Source of the DNA: a bacterium
Lineage (GTDB): Bacteria > Patescibacteriota > Microgenomatia > Levybacterales > UBA12049
Direction of reading: 5' to 3'
Length of the DNA: 64,000 nt
Assembly: GCA_021777565.1 (NCBI GenBank)
Contig: JAJYDJ010000001.1
Coordinates: 88,431 to 152,430 of the forward strand
Made by a program: the position numbers and the translations under genes. Positions 46,201 to 55,088 of this stretch are shown one piece after another; the first letter of the stretch is position 1, and every line of letters begins with the position of its first letter. The notes below the pieces were generated by a model. The model ran no database searches. It had not been told where the DNA came from and was given only the letters and a program-made list of their open reading frames with translations.

Positions 46201-47050
46201 ACACGGAACTATCCTGCATGCCCGTCCCAACATGGTACACAGCATAGGCTACACTGAAGATCCCAAGTTGTGGCACATGCCAGTATGAGAGGATTGTATT
46301 TTCTACAAGGATAGTCCCCAGTGGATAGGCTTCCTGTTGCATCCAGTCCTCAGGGACTACCCAAATGGGCTCAGCACATCGCCAGAGGACATGCTGGGGA
46401 TTTTTAGGATCAAGAAGCGCAACGCCAACTCGATATTCTGATCCATTGTCTGTGTGGTAGAGAACCAGGATACCTTTTGGTGTGAGGAATGTGTTGGCGA
46501 TATGAATTTCTCGAGTGTCAAAATACCCCTCTCGAGGCTCAAGAACAGTTCCTTGATTGGCCCAGGTGATGAGATCTGAGGAAGTATAGATATCTATCGT
46601 TTTTTCTCCACCAAGTAGAATAGATTGCCTTTTGTAGGTATAGTCAGTAACGATGACTCCACTCGTCTCTGCCTGTATCATCGGTCCTTCCAGTGTCCAG
46701 TGATACAGATCTTTGGACCATGCTTTGCATAATTTCGTCTTTCCTTTTTCATCGACCCTAGTGTAGAGAAGAAGAAAGTGTTGTCCGTACTCAGAAATAG
46801 TAAAGTTGTAGATGTGTGAAAGATTCTCATACGTATGTGGCGCTGTCTCAATAGAAAATGTTCTTGGATCGGCTTGGAAAGAATACCCATCGTCACTGGT
46901 CGCGATATGAAACGTCTCATTGGTGTCTTGTGAGGATTGGAAGTAGAGATAGGCAGTACCAGGAGTTGCGAAGATACCAAGACCCCTCAGATGTGGGTCT
47001 CTTTTGAGTGTCCCAATTAGTACTTTATTCACCACCGTTGAATCGCCCAT
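43205..47050 (-). CDS. Multimodular GH130 (beta-mannoside phosphorylase/glycosidase) protein with four propeller repeats
   Basis: Three EDAR/EDPR modules with YRA, YxAY/F, VFP.GA, YYGAAD motifs, plus a degenerate N-terminal repeat. Confidence 0.88.
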   Translation of the reverse strand: MGDSTVVNKVLIGTLKRDPHLRGLGIFATPGTAYLYFQSSQDTNETFHIATSDDGYSFQADPRTFSIETAPHTYENLSHIYNFTISEYGQHFLLLYTRVDEKGKTKLCKAWSKDLYHWTLEGPMIQAETSGVIVTDYTYKRQSILLGGEKTIDIYTSSDLITWANQGTVLEPREGYFDTREIHIANTFLTPKGILVLYHTDNGSEYRVGVALLDPKNPQHVLWRCAEPIWVVPEDWMQQEAYPLGTILVENTILSYWHVPQLGIFSVAYAVYHVGTGMQDSSVSLHLARPETNPLIAPQPTAWESHGTFNPAAIYDSGKVHILYRAQGDDWVSVVGYASSSDGIHIDERLEEPIYRPSEPFEYTPYIKPEEVVTEYMSAGGCGGVEDARITRIGDRFYMTYVAFNGYDQPRIALTSIAAADFLNKRWLWEKPVLISPPGVIDKNAVIFPEKVNGKYVVMHRIFPDILIDFVDSLEFDGKDNFLKGEFKISPRPDMWDSRKIAAGAPPIKTKDGWLLIYHGTCDQEGAGRYLVGAMLLDLDDPTKVIARSKAPILEPEAWYEWEGFKGGVVYPCGAVVIGDTLYVYYGGADWHVCVATANLEQFLSELKYSEVAKLSHPIIQSLFDTKKAARSTQNPILSPDPEHPWEAQGTMNGSILIEPHAVRFVYRADSAEQDYEGHKLNLRTVGIADTKDGIHFTRRRQLVVPSEDWDRYGCEDPRICKVDNEYFVFYTALGGFPYGPDNIKVGLALFTDLSGKPEKHLITPFNAKAMVLLSEKINGKYVALLTVDTDVPPKPDQICIATFDKKEDMWDEMYWNQWYRELDKHILPVRRMTSDQVEVGAVPIKTEKGWLFIYSHMQHYDRPDKRILGVEAVLLDLNNPYNIIAWTESPILTPEATYEINGIAPRVVFPTGAAIVSGLLYVYYGAADQYCALATFDIDDVYAHMRTNAVVPIRVKKYDTPLLSPIPEHQWEEKAVFNPAVICISPEDCTAARDKELHILYRAMSTDNTSVLGHADTKDGLTISKRGEIPIYVPRAEFERKKNPGNNSGCEDPRATIVDKTLYLTYTAYNGVEPPRVALTSISIDNFHAREYNWADPILLSPPGIDDKDAALFPEKFGERFCVIHRLQNSIALSFVEDFTQIDDTHWMHTHAYIPPRGDSWDSEKIGVSAPPIKTPDGWLLLYHGVSKLSHIYRVGAMLLDLKDPSIVLSRTPWPIMEPDQQYEISGIVNNVVFPCGAVVKDDTLYIYYGAADTRVGVATISFSKLLTYLRDIKSPSYLG

Positions 47051-47219
47051 ATATGCTCGCTTTCAGGAAGTAGTAACTTTATAGTAACATATTTCACCCC
47101 CCTTATTTAGTTCTGGTATCGAAAACTGACATATCCCTGAAATTCTTGATTTTATGATACGTAATTTTATATTGAATTGACGTGACACACCTCACTCATC
47201 TTTGGTACAATGGGATACC

Positions 47220-48404
47220 ATGCTGAAGGGAAATAAAACTCTATTTATTGTCGCACTTATCGCTATCGTCAATGCGTTAGGCTACGGGATTATCATCCCG
47301 ATTTTGTATACGTATTCTCAGCGTTTTGGGTTAACCGTGTTTCAAAATGGTCTTTTGTTTACAACCTTTTCTTTGTGTCAATTTGTCTCAGCGCCATTTA
47401 TCGGTAGATTGTCAGATAAATATGGACGACGCCCGACATTGACTGTTTCTATTGCTGGTACGGCTTTGTCGTTCTTTACCATGGCATTTGCGCCAAGTAT
47501 TTTTTATCTTTTTCTCGCCCGTATTATTGATGGTGTGACAGCAGGGAATTTCCCAGTACTTTCTGCAGTCATCTCAGATACGCTGGAGCCTAAAGACCGG
47601 GCGAAGGGATTTGGGGTGGTCGGAGCAGCTTTCGGATTTGGATTCGTTTTTGGCCCTGCTATCTCTGCATTAACTTTTGGCATTAACCCCGCGCTGCCAT
47701 TTCTGATCTCAGGCATTATTACTGTGATTGCCACCATCATGACCTGGATGCTATTACCAGAAACGAACAAACACATGGGACAGGTAGAGCATAAACACAT
47801 GTTTGATTTTTCAGGTCTGTATCATGCACTCTTTGACCACAATGTAAATTTGCTTTTGATTATTGGTCTGGTGTACTCACTGGTATTCTCAGCCTACATT
47901 ACAATCTTTCAGCCATATGCCAATAACGTATTGCATTACACAGGTACCCAGCTGTCTCTTTTCTTCACGGGTATCGGTGTAATTGGTATTATCACGCAGG
48001 TTGCACTGATTGGACGATTTACCAAATGGTTTGGTCCACGACTTTTGTACTCGCTCTCACTTTTCTCAAGCATTTTAGTTTTTCTTGGGATGTATGCCTC
48101 TGGTCGTGGGGTGATCTTTGTACTCTTCGGACTTTTGTTTGCTCTAGTAAATTCATTTATCAGTCCATTAACCCAGACTCTTTTGTCCAATGAAACAGAT
48201 GATAAGTCCCAGGGGTCAATGCAGGGGATTAGTGCATCGTATGCAAGTATTGGCCAAATCATTGGGCCAATTATCGGCGGATTTATGGCATCACTTTCTC
48301 TGTCAGTGCCGTTCTTGGGCATTGCAGGGTTAGCACTTCTTTGTTTTCTCATATCACTTGGCATTCACAAGCCAAAAGTACGCGTCCATGCATTTGAAAA
48401 ATAA
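47220..48404 (+). CDS. MFS transporter, TetA/DHA1-like
   Basis: GRLSDKYGRRP motif A; RIIDG; GFGFVFGPAI motif C. Confidence 0.92.
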   Translation: MLKGNKTLFIVALIAIVNALGYGIIIPILYTYSQRFGLTVFQNGLLFTTFSLCQFVSAPFIGRLSDKYGRRPTLTVSIAGTALSFFTMAFAPSIFYLFLARIIDGVTAGNFPVLSAVISDTLEPKDRAKGFGVVGAAFGFGFVFGPAISALTFGINPALPFLISGIITVIATIMTWMLLPETNKHMGQVEHKHMFDFSGLYHALFDHNVNLLLIIGLVYSLVFSAYITIFQPYANNVLHYTGTQLSLFFTGIGVIGIITQVALIGRFTKWFGPRLLYSLSLFSSILVFLGMYASGRGVIFVLFGLLFALVNSFISPLTQTLLSNETDDKSQGSMQGISASYASIGQIIGPIIGGFMASLSLSVPFLGIAGLALLCFLISLGIHKPKVRVHAFEK

Positions 48405-48407
48405 CCT

Positions 48408-48869
48408 ATGAGTGTCTTTGAAGAAATTCAGCAACTTCTGACAGAAAAACATATTGAGTATCATCTTTCAGAACATGAGAAAGTTCGTACTAGTGAAGAA
48501 GCCGCAAAAGCTCGTGGTCTTGATCCCAAAACAGGTGCCAAGGCAATGGTTGTGAAGTTACCGGAGGAGTATATCTTATGCGTCTTGCCGGGTAATTGTG
48601 TGATCGATTGGAAAAAATTGAAGCTCCATCTTGGGGTAAAAAGAATTCGGCTGGCAACAGAAGAAGAAGCCGAAAGCATAACCCATGTCGAAATGGGATG
48701 TGTACCACCACTTGGGAATGTACTGCACTTAAAAACCTATCTTGATCCAAAAGTTCTGGAAAATGAATGGATTAATTTTAACCCGGGGAGTCGAACTCGC
48801 ACGATTCAGATGCGAAGTAGTGATTTGGTTACTTTGGCAGAACCAGAAATCCTTCCGTTTACCCTCTAG
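48408..48869 (+). CDS. YbaK/ProX aminoacyl-tRNA deacylase family protein
   Basis: TSEEAA..RG..AKAMV, GCVPPLG, FNPG. Confidence 0.88.
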   Translation: MSVFEEIQQLLTEKHIEYHLSEHEKVRTSEEAAKARGLDPKTGAKAMVVKLPEEYILCVLPGNCVIDWKKLKLHLGVKRIRLATEEEAESITHVEMGCVPPLGNVLHLKTYLDPKVLENEWINFNPGSRTRTIQMRSSDLVTLAEPEILPFTL

Positions 48870-48889
48870 ATTTTGATACGATTGCACAT

Positions 48890-49396
48890 ATGGGGCGAAA
48901 AGTGATAGTGAATGATCTCATGCAAAAAAACTACGTGTATGAGTGCACCGAGCCGATGGGCAAAAACTTTGCTCCCGATTTTCATCCCGAACTTACTCCA
49001 CAGGAAATGCTCGCACTTGGGGTGTTTGGTGGAAAATACATGACCGATTGCAGAGAGGAGTTCCCAGAAGAATGGTATGTGCATGCAAAGTTGTGTCACC
49101 AGTTTCATGACCCTCATCTTAATTTTTTTGGTGTGAATGCTTCACAACCACTTTCTGTTTGGCGACAAAAGGGATGGATTTATCCAGATGATCCACGCGG
49201 GTGGTTTCAGTGGTATTGTCGCTATTTTATGGGAAGACGAATACCGGATGAAGATGCTCGGCAGATAAAAAGGTGGAGGGCGATCAGAAGACATGTGTCT
49301 CAAGTTAAAAAAAATTGTAGCAAGGGGGATTTCTCTTGCCATAGAAAACAAAGACAGGCACTACTGCACTGGGCATACGACAGCAGGTTGCTTTAA
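48890..49396 (+). CDS. Conserved hypothetical protein
   Basis: TPQEMLALGVFGGKY, DPRGWFQWYCRY, RQIKRW, RQALLHWAYD. Confidence 0.8.
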   Translation: MGRKVIVNDLMQKNYVYECTEPMGKNFAPDFHPELTPQEMLALGVFGGKYMTDCREEFPEEWYVHAKLCHQFHDPHLNFFGVNASQPLSVWRQKGWIYPDDPRGWFQWYCRYFMGRRIPDEDARQIKRWRAIRRHVSQVKKNCSKGDFSCHRKQRQALLHWAYDSRLL

Positions 49397-49450
49397 ATAG
49401 CAAAACTCGTGATGAAAACCCCAAATGACATTTTCATCACGAGTTGATTC

Positions 49451-49729
49451 TTATACCGCAGGTGTTTCTTCTGCTGGCATTGCTTCACTTTCACCCTCTT
49501 CTGGGAGAGAGTTGTAGGTCTGCATGAACTGGTTACGCCATGCTTCCATCTTTGCTGGGTCTTGCTGAGCTTCATCCATCATTTGCTTTGCTTCCTGATG
49601 GGTAGTATCTCCCTGGGCAAGCATGTCCGTAATATGTTGGCCACCTTTACTCATCATCTCTTCAGGGGTTGCTGCTTCGATGACGGCATCGCATGGACCA
49701 CCCATTTGTCGACAAGTCATTTTCTTCAT
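49451..49729 (-). CDS. DUF1059-like small protein
   Basis: AAAGGAGGTGAA SD; MTCRQMGGPCD..A.TPEEM..G.QH. Confidence 0.75.
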   Translation of the reverse strand: MKKMTCRQMGGPCDAVIEAATPEEMMSKGGQHITDMLAQGDTTHQEAKQMMDEAQQDPAKMEAWRNQFMQTYNSLPEEGESEAMPAEETPAV

Positions 49730-49859
49730 AGTATTCACCTCCTTTCTCACTGTTTACTATAAAGAACAAAATGAGATATGACAAGTAAAAGTGTGATAAA
49801 AATCATTTTACCTATTTACAACACTGCTATAAGTCTTCTACGCTAGATATGGATTTTAT

Positions 49860-50453
49860 ATGTTGGTCAGAAAAGTGTTGTTGTTAATTTTTTTTATTCT
49901 CGTAGGTTTAACCGTAGGACTTGTCTGGTACGCTACCCACTTTAAAGCATATGCCCCTCTCGCACCAGTTCTGTATCCATTAACTACGTACACGAATGCA
50001 AAGTATGGATTTTCTATCTCCTATCCTGTCTCTCTTGCTCTTCGAGAATTCCCGGATAGCCCAACTGGTGGGGGATTTCGTCCCTCAGATAAGCCCAATG
50101 ACCCACAATATGAGGTTATCACTGTCAATGTGATTCCCAAGGTCTCGGATATCCCCTTTGATGAGTATGTGAAAACTGCAGCGGCACAAGAGATACAAAA
50201 TTACACCCATCTGGATTCGCTCGGGGAGATACATACAACGAGTGGGCTCCTTGGGTATACCACTACCTGGCAGGTTACATCACCCGCAGTATTTGGCCTC
50301 CAGCCAAAACCAAAAACATTTATCTCTCTGCCTATTACTTATTTTGATCTTCCCAAAAGTAATCCTCCTGCGACTGTACAAGTCTGGATCTCAGACCCAT
50401 CTTACATGAGGCAATACGAGGTCATGATTAAAAGCTTCACCTTAACTGAGTAG
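49860..50453 (+). CDS. Membrane-anchored PsbP-like exported protein
   Basis: N-terminal TM; YTNAKYGFSISYP; ends IKSFTL. Confidence 0.7.
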   Translation: MLVRKVLLLIFFILVGLTVGLVWYATHFKAYAPLAPVLYPLTTYTNAKYGFSISYPVSLALREFPDSPTGGGFRPSDKPNDPQYEVITVNVIPKVSDIPFDEYVKTAAAQEIQNYTHLDSLGEIHTTSGLLGYTTTWQVTSPAVFGLQPKPKTFISLPITYFDLPKSNPPATVQVWISDPSYMRQYEVMIKSFTLTE

Positions 50454-50493
50454 GTGTCTTGCAAATCACAGATAGTCGTTTCATACTGAAATT

Positions 50494-51756
50494 GTGTTTA
50501 AGTTTTTTACTACACTCTTAATGGGGCTGAGCACATTTCTAAGTCCTATTACCCATACACTCACGGGTACATCTGCGATTACCAGTACTCCCCAACAGAC
50601 CATAACCCAGGATGCACTGGTACAAATGGCAGGGAATCCCTATGCAGATGGCAACCTGCCTCTTGGAGATAAAAAATATGTGACTGATGCTCCAAAGCAA
50701 GGATATATTTATTTGTGTAATGTGCAAACGAGCACTGGTGGTGGCGCACAGAAGGCTGGTCCTTGGATTCATGGGAATACATGGAATTATATAGAGAAAA
50801 TCGCGGTGAATGGTCATGTGTCCTGGCCCACCGCAACATTTTCTAATTCTGTGAATGGTGATACGAGGACACTCAGTGGAAATGATTTGCCAAACCATAA
50901 TACCGGTATTTTCCCAATTGCTTCGACCGATCCTGCCTCGGCCTATGATAAGAACCCAAATTCTATCAAGCCGCAGAACTTCACATTGTCTCTTCCTGTG
51001 ACACCAACGTATTCGGATATACCCCATTGTATGGGTGGGGAAGTAGGAGTAATGCTCACTGGCGTTGCGTTATTTAATGGTTTTGATGCAGAGTATCGTG
51101 ATGCTGCTGCCAATGAAGTCCAGGATAGTTGTGATGGTCATCCCCAAGAAAGTGGCGAGTATCATTATCACAGTCTAAGCAGTTGTATTACGGATACGAG
51201 TGAGACAACGATCATTGGGTATGCGCTTGATGGATTTCCAATTACTGGGCCAAAAGTCGCAGAAGGCAAATACCTGACAACCGCCAATCTGGACGAGTGC
51301 CATGGAATTACCAGTGAAATTATGGTTGATGGTAATAAAGTCGTAATGTATCACTACGTGATGACTCAGGACTTCCCATACTCGGTGAGTTGCTTTAGAG
51401 GACAGCCTGTTAGTATGCAAGTCATGCAGCAATCTATGCAGCAGGGACAGGGTCAGCAAGGCCAACAAGGGAGGCCAGGCATGACTATCTCTGGTCAACC
51501 GGCCCAGATCACTGGCCAACCACCACAAGCGGCGATCACTGCCTGTACGGGAGTAGCTACAGGGACAACATGTAGTTTTGCAGGACCAAGAGGCACGATT
51601 ACCGGCACGTGCCAAACGCCTCCCAATCAGAAAAATATGATTTGTGTACCAAGTAACACGGCTCGTCCTCAAGGGACCTGCACGCCACGACCTGCGTGTT
51701 TGAATGCCAAACCACCCTGCATGATCGCGGTAACTTCTAACATGTGTCCTCAATAA
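50494..51756 (+). CDS. YHYH-domain exported protein with Gln-rich linker and Cys-rich tail
   Basis: DSCDGHP..YHYH, GYALDGFPI, LDECHG, YHY. Confidence 0.88.
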   Translation: MFKFFTTLLMGLSTFLSPITHTLTGTSAITSTPQQTITQDALVQMAGNPYADGNLPLGDKKYVTDAPKQGYIYLCNVQTSTGGGAQKAGPWIHGNTWNYIEKIAVNGHVSWPTATFSNSVNGDTRTLSGNDLPNHNTGIFPIASTDPASAYDKNPNSIKPQNFTLSLPVTPTYSDIPHCMGGEVGVMLTGVALFNGFDAEYRDAAANEVQDSCDGHPQESGEYHYHSLSSCITDTSETTIIGYALDGFPITGPKVAEGKYLTTANLDECHGITSEIMVDGNKVVMYHYVMTQDFPYSVSCFRGQPVSMQVMQQSMQQGQGQQGQQGRPGMTISGQPAQITGQPPQAAITACTGVATGTTCSFAGPRGTITGTCQTPPNQKNMICVPSNTARPQGTCTPRPACLNAKPPCMIAVTSNMCPQ

Positions 51757-51804
51757 GGACATTCAGAAGAATAGGGTGGTGACAGTGTTATACTTGGATT
51801 TGCT

Positions 51805-54150
51805 ATGGATCATGGATTAACCTCTCAAGAAGCTACAAAATTAGTCAAAACATCTGGATATAATGAAATTCCAGAGAAACACACATATCTTTTTACAAAA
51901 ATACTGAAAAATATTTTCTCTCCCATTGGTGGCATGTTACTGCTGGCGTCAGCTTTGTCATTTATATTAGGAAAAACGTTTGATGGATATTTCATTCTGA
52001 TACTTCTTGGGATAAACATCATCATTACCCTCTGGCAGGAGAATAAAGCAGATACGGCGATTAGAAAGCTCAATGAGCACCTTGCGCAGCAGGTCAAAAC
52101 ACTTCGCGATGGGAAGTGGCAATCTATCCCATCACGACTTTTGGTCCCAGGGGACGTCATTCAACTTGCTTCAGGAGAAGTCATCCCGGCTGATGGAGAA
52201 GTGGGTGAAGCACACCACGTGTCAGTGAATGAATCAGCGCTGACTGGAGAGTCACTGCCAAAAGACAAAAAGGCAAAAGATGCCGTGTTCTCGGGATCAT
52301 TCCTGACAACAGGAATTGCAACCATTACGATTACTGCAACTGGTGTGCATACCAAGTTTGGCAAGACGGTTTTTTCAGTAGAAAGGCTACGTAAAAAAAG
52401 CCTTTTGGAACAGGATATTCTTAGTATTTCCAGATTCCTTACGGTTCTGAGTCTAATCGCTGTTGCACTTCTTAGTATTGTTTTCTACCTGCGCCATGCG
52501 CCGCTTCTTGAGTTATTGACGTTGGACTTAAGTCTTATTATCGCGGGTATTCCTATCAGTCTGCCAACCGTTATGACACTCATTATAGAGTTTGGGGTTC
52601 TTGCGCTCGCTGCCAAGGATGTTATTGTCAGACGACTCTCGGCTCTGGAAGACTTGGCGAATGTAAATTTCCTGCTTACTGATAAGACGGGGACACTGAC
52701 AAAAAATAAAATTACCGTGCAGGATGTGTATGCATATGACGGGTTTACTCACGAAGATGTACTACTTTATAGTGCGCTTCCGGCGACACTGGAAAGTGAC
52801 AATCCGATCGATCAAGCACTCCTTGAGAAAATAAAGGAGTCTCGTATACACCTGCCTCACTTTGAAAAAACTGATTTGACCCCTGCTGACTCTGAGCGTA
52901 AGCGAACGACACTTGTAGCCACGCTTAATAAGCAAATACAAACGATTTCGGTAGGTGCCCCGCAAATTATCGCGCAGTATTGTTCTTTGGACAAAAAAAC
53001 AAAAGAAAAGTTCAGTCGGGAAGTCGAGAATCTTGCTCAAGGCGGCTATCGTACGCTCGCAGTTGCGCTGGGGAAGGGAAAAGTGGAAAAAAACATGCAG
53101 ATTGTTGGGCTTATTGCCCTCTCTGACACGCTCAGAAGCGATGCAAAATCTGTTATCGAATTTCTTGAAGAAAATGGCATTGAGGTGTCGATGGTCACTG
53201 GCGACAATCGCGCTATTGCTGCAAATATAGCCAAACAGCTTTCTCTAGACGAAGGGACAGTTGTCACCAAGGATGTCTTAGACAAAGAAGGGATAGCGAA
53301 CATCCCTGCATCATTGTATGAAAAGACTGGTGCTTTTGCTGAAGTATTACCAGAGGACAAACTTCATTTGGTAGAAAGAGCAAAACAGTTCTTTGTCATC
53401 GCAGCAAATGGGGATGGCGTGAATGATTTGCCAGCGATTAAGGCTGCCAATGTCGGCATTGCGGTACAAAATGCAGTCACCGCACTGAAAGCAACGGCAG
53501 ATATTGTTTTGTTATCAGCAGGCATCAAGGTTATTCGTGATGCCATTATTGAAAGCCGTAAAATCTTTGAACGATTGTATACCTACTCCTTGTATCGTAT
53601 CTCCGAAAGTCTGCGTCTCATTCTGACGATTGGCATTCTAGGCGTGTTCTATGGTGTATACCCAATGACGGCGCTGCAGATTATTCTCCTAGCGCTTCTG
53701 AATGACTTACCAATTATTGCGCTGGCATCAGATCATGTGAAGACAACCAATCGTCCAGCAAAAATTGATGCAAAGAAACGATTTATCCTGAGTTCATCTT
53801 TTGGGTTGGTAGGGGTAGCAAATAGTTTATTGTTATTCTTTCTGGTGCGAAGTGTCTGGATGTTGCCTTGGGAAGTGGTACAGACCATGTATTTTCTTAA
53901 ATTGACTGTATCAGGGCATATGCTCATTTATGTGGCTCATACAAAAGAGCGCTGGTGGAAATTCTTCCCGAGTCATCAGGTGATCTTGGCGACGACACTG
54001 ACCCAAATTGTGGCTACGGGGCTAGCATACACAGGATTTCTCATGTCAGGCAGACTCTCTCTCTGGCAGATTGGCTTTGTCTGGGTGTGGTCATTTTTCT
54101 GGATGCAGGTGAGTGAAGTCATGAAAGTAGTACAAGAGAAAATTACGTAG
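51805..54150 (+). CDS. P-type ATPase, P3A plasma-membrane H+-ATPase-like
   Basis: TGES, DKTGTLTKN, TGDN, GDGVND; IAGIPISLP (TM4) and ALLND (TM6). Confidence 0.85.
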   Translation: MDHGLTSQEATKLVKTSGYNEIPEKHTYLFTKILKNIFSPIGGMLLLASALSFILGKTFDGYFILILLGINIIITLWQENKADTAIRKLNEHLAQQVKTLRDGKWQSIPSRLLVPGDVIQLASGEVIPADGEVGEAHHVSVNESALTGESLPKDKKAKDAVFSGSFLTTGIATITITATGVHTKFGKTVFSVERLRKKSLLEQDILSISRFLTVLSLIAVALLSIVFYLRHAPLLELLTLDLSLIIAGIPISLPTVMTLIIEFGVLALAAKDVIVRRLSALEDLANVNFLLTDKTGTLTKNKITVQDVYAYDGFTHEDVLLYSALPATLESDNPIDQALLEKIKESRIHLPHFEKTDLTPADSERKRTTLVATLNKQIQTISVGAPQIIAQYCSLDKKTKEKFSREVENLAQGGYRTLAVALGKGKVEKNMQIVGLIALSDTLRSDAKSVIEFLEENGIEVSMVTGDNRAIAANIAKQLSLDEGTVVTKDVLDKEGIANIPASLYEKTGAFAEVLPEDKLHLVERAKQFFVIAANGDGVNDLPAIKAANVGIAVQNAVTALKATADIVLLSAGIKVIRDAIIESRKIFERLYTYSLYRISESLRLILTIGILGVFYGVYPMTALQIILLALLNDLPIIALASDHVKTTNRPAKIDAKKRFILSSSFGLVGVANSLLLFFLVRSVWMLPWEVVQTMYFLKLTVSGHMLIYVAHTKERWWKFFPSHQVILATTLTQIVATGLAYTGFLMSGRLSLWQIGFVWVWSFFWMQVSEVMKVVQEKIT

Positions 54151-54157
54151 TACTTAC

Positions 54158-54979
54158 TTAGTGTTGGAAAAGCTCATTCATTCGTTGCTTCTCAGTAGAT
54201 GTATCACCTACGCGTACTCCTGTAAACACGTGTTCCTGGACGAATTGATCTTGTCCGTCTGAGAAGTATGGTCCATCGCCTTGGAATTGACAGGTGTTAG
54301 AGAGTCTCATCTCTTTGGAGATAATCATATCTTGTCTATTGGTAAGCCCGGGGAATGCTTTCTGATATTCTGCAAAAACAGCATCGCTCATGTAGTTAAA
54401 GATGGAATCCATCTTTTTATATGGCTCACAGTTATGATCTTTGCACTCTGGTGGAAGCGCAAGTACGCCAACGCGTACATCCATACTTTCAAATTGTTGA
54501 TTTGGATCTTCTTTGGTTGCATACCCAAGCAGGGTGCCAGCAGTAACTTTATGTGGCCATCCCTCAAACTGAGGTAAAACTTTTGAATGCAAAACACTGA
54601 GTCTCCATTGATTCATCCACCACCATGGAAATTGAGTAGAAAGTGGGTAGATACTGATGCCCTCTGGTCCACCATCAAATACATATCCATCAAATGGCGC
54701 ATAAATTGCAAGTTGTCCATCGCCAATGCCTGGCTTGCCATAAAAATAATGTTGAGTATTACTATGTGGTTCATCTGACCAGGCTGGCACTGTCTCATGA
54801 CCATCACAACTTCTGAATTTAGAAACTGTGTAAATTTGTGACAAGTCCACAATATTGTGTGTAATGACAAAATCGCTTGGTGGGTGAGGGGGGATGAATT
54901 GGGAAACAACACAGACAAGAGCAAGAAGTCCTAGTGGAATGAGGATGATACACGCAATTATCTTTGTGATCTTCATCAT
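54158..54979 (-). CDS. Membrane-anchored hypothetical protein, M23-like hybrid motif
   Basis: SKFRSC.GH, IYAPFDG, VTAGTLLG. Confidence 0.6.
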   Translation of the reverse strand: MMKITKIIACIILIPLGLLALVCVVSQFIPPHPPSDFVITHNIVDLSQIYTVSKFRSCDGHETVPAWSDEPHSNTQHYFYGKPGIGDGQLAIYAPFDGYVFDGGPEGISIYPLSTQFPWWWMNQWRLSVLHSKVLPQFEGWPHKVTAGTLLGYATKEDPNQQFESMDVRVGVLALPPECKDHNCEPYKKMDSIFNYMSDAVFAEYQKAFPGLTNRQDMIISKEMRLSNTCQFQGDGPYFSDGQDQFVQEHVFTGVRVGDTSTEKQRMNELFQH

Positions 54980-55088
54980 ATTTTAAGTATGGACTCAAAC
55001 TCTGTCCAAGTGCAAGGACTGTTTTGACAAGCGAAATGATTCACTATTGTTTTGAATATGTGTTTGCTATACTTTTATTGTACCCATC

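Noticed and set aside
51421-51530. CAG/CAA-rich repeats
   Set aside because: Encode the Gln/Gly linker of the YHYH protein; not CRISPR or a VNTR array
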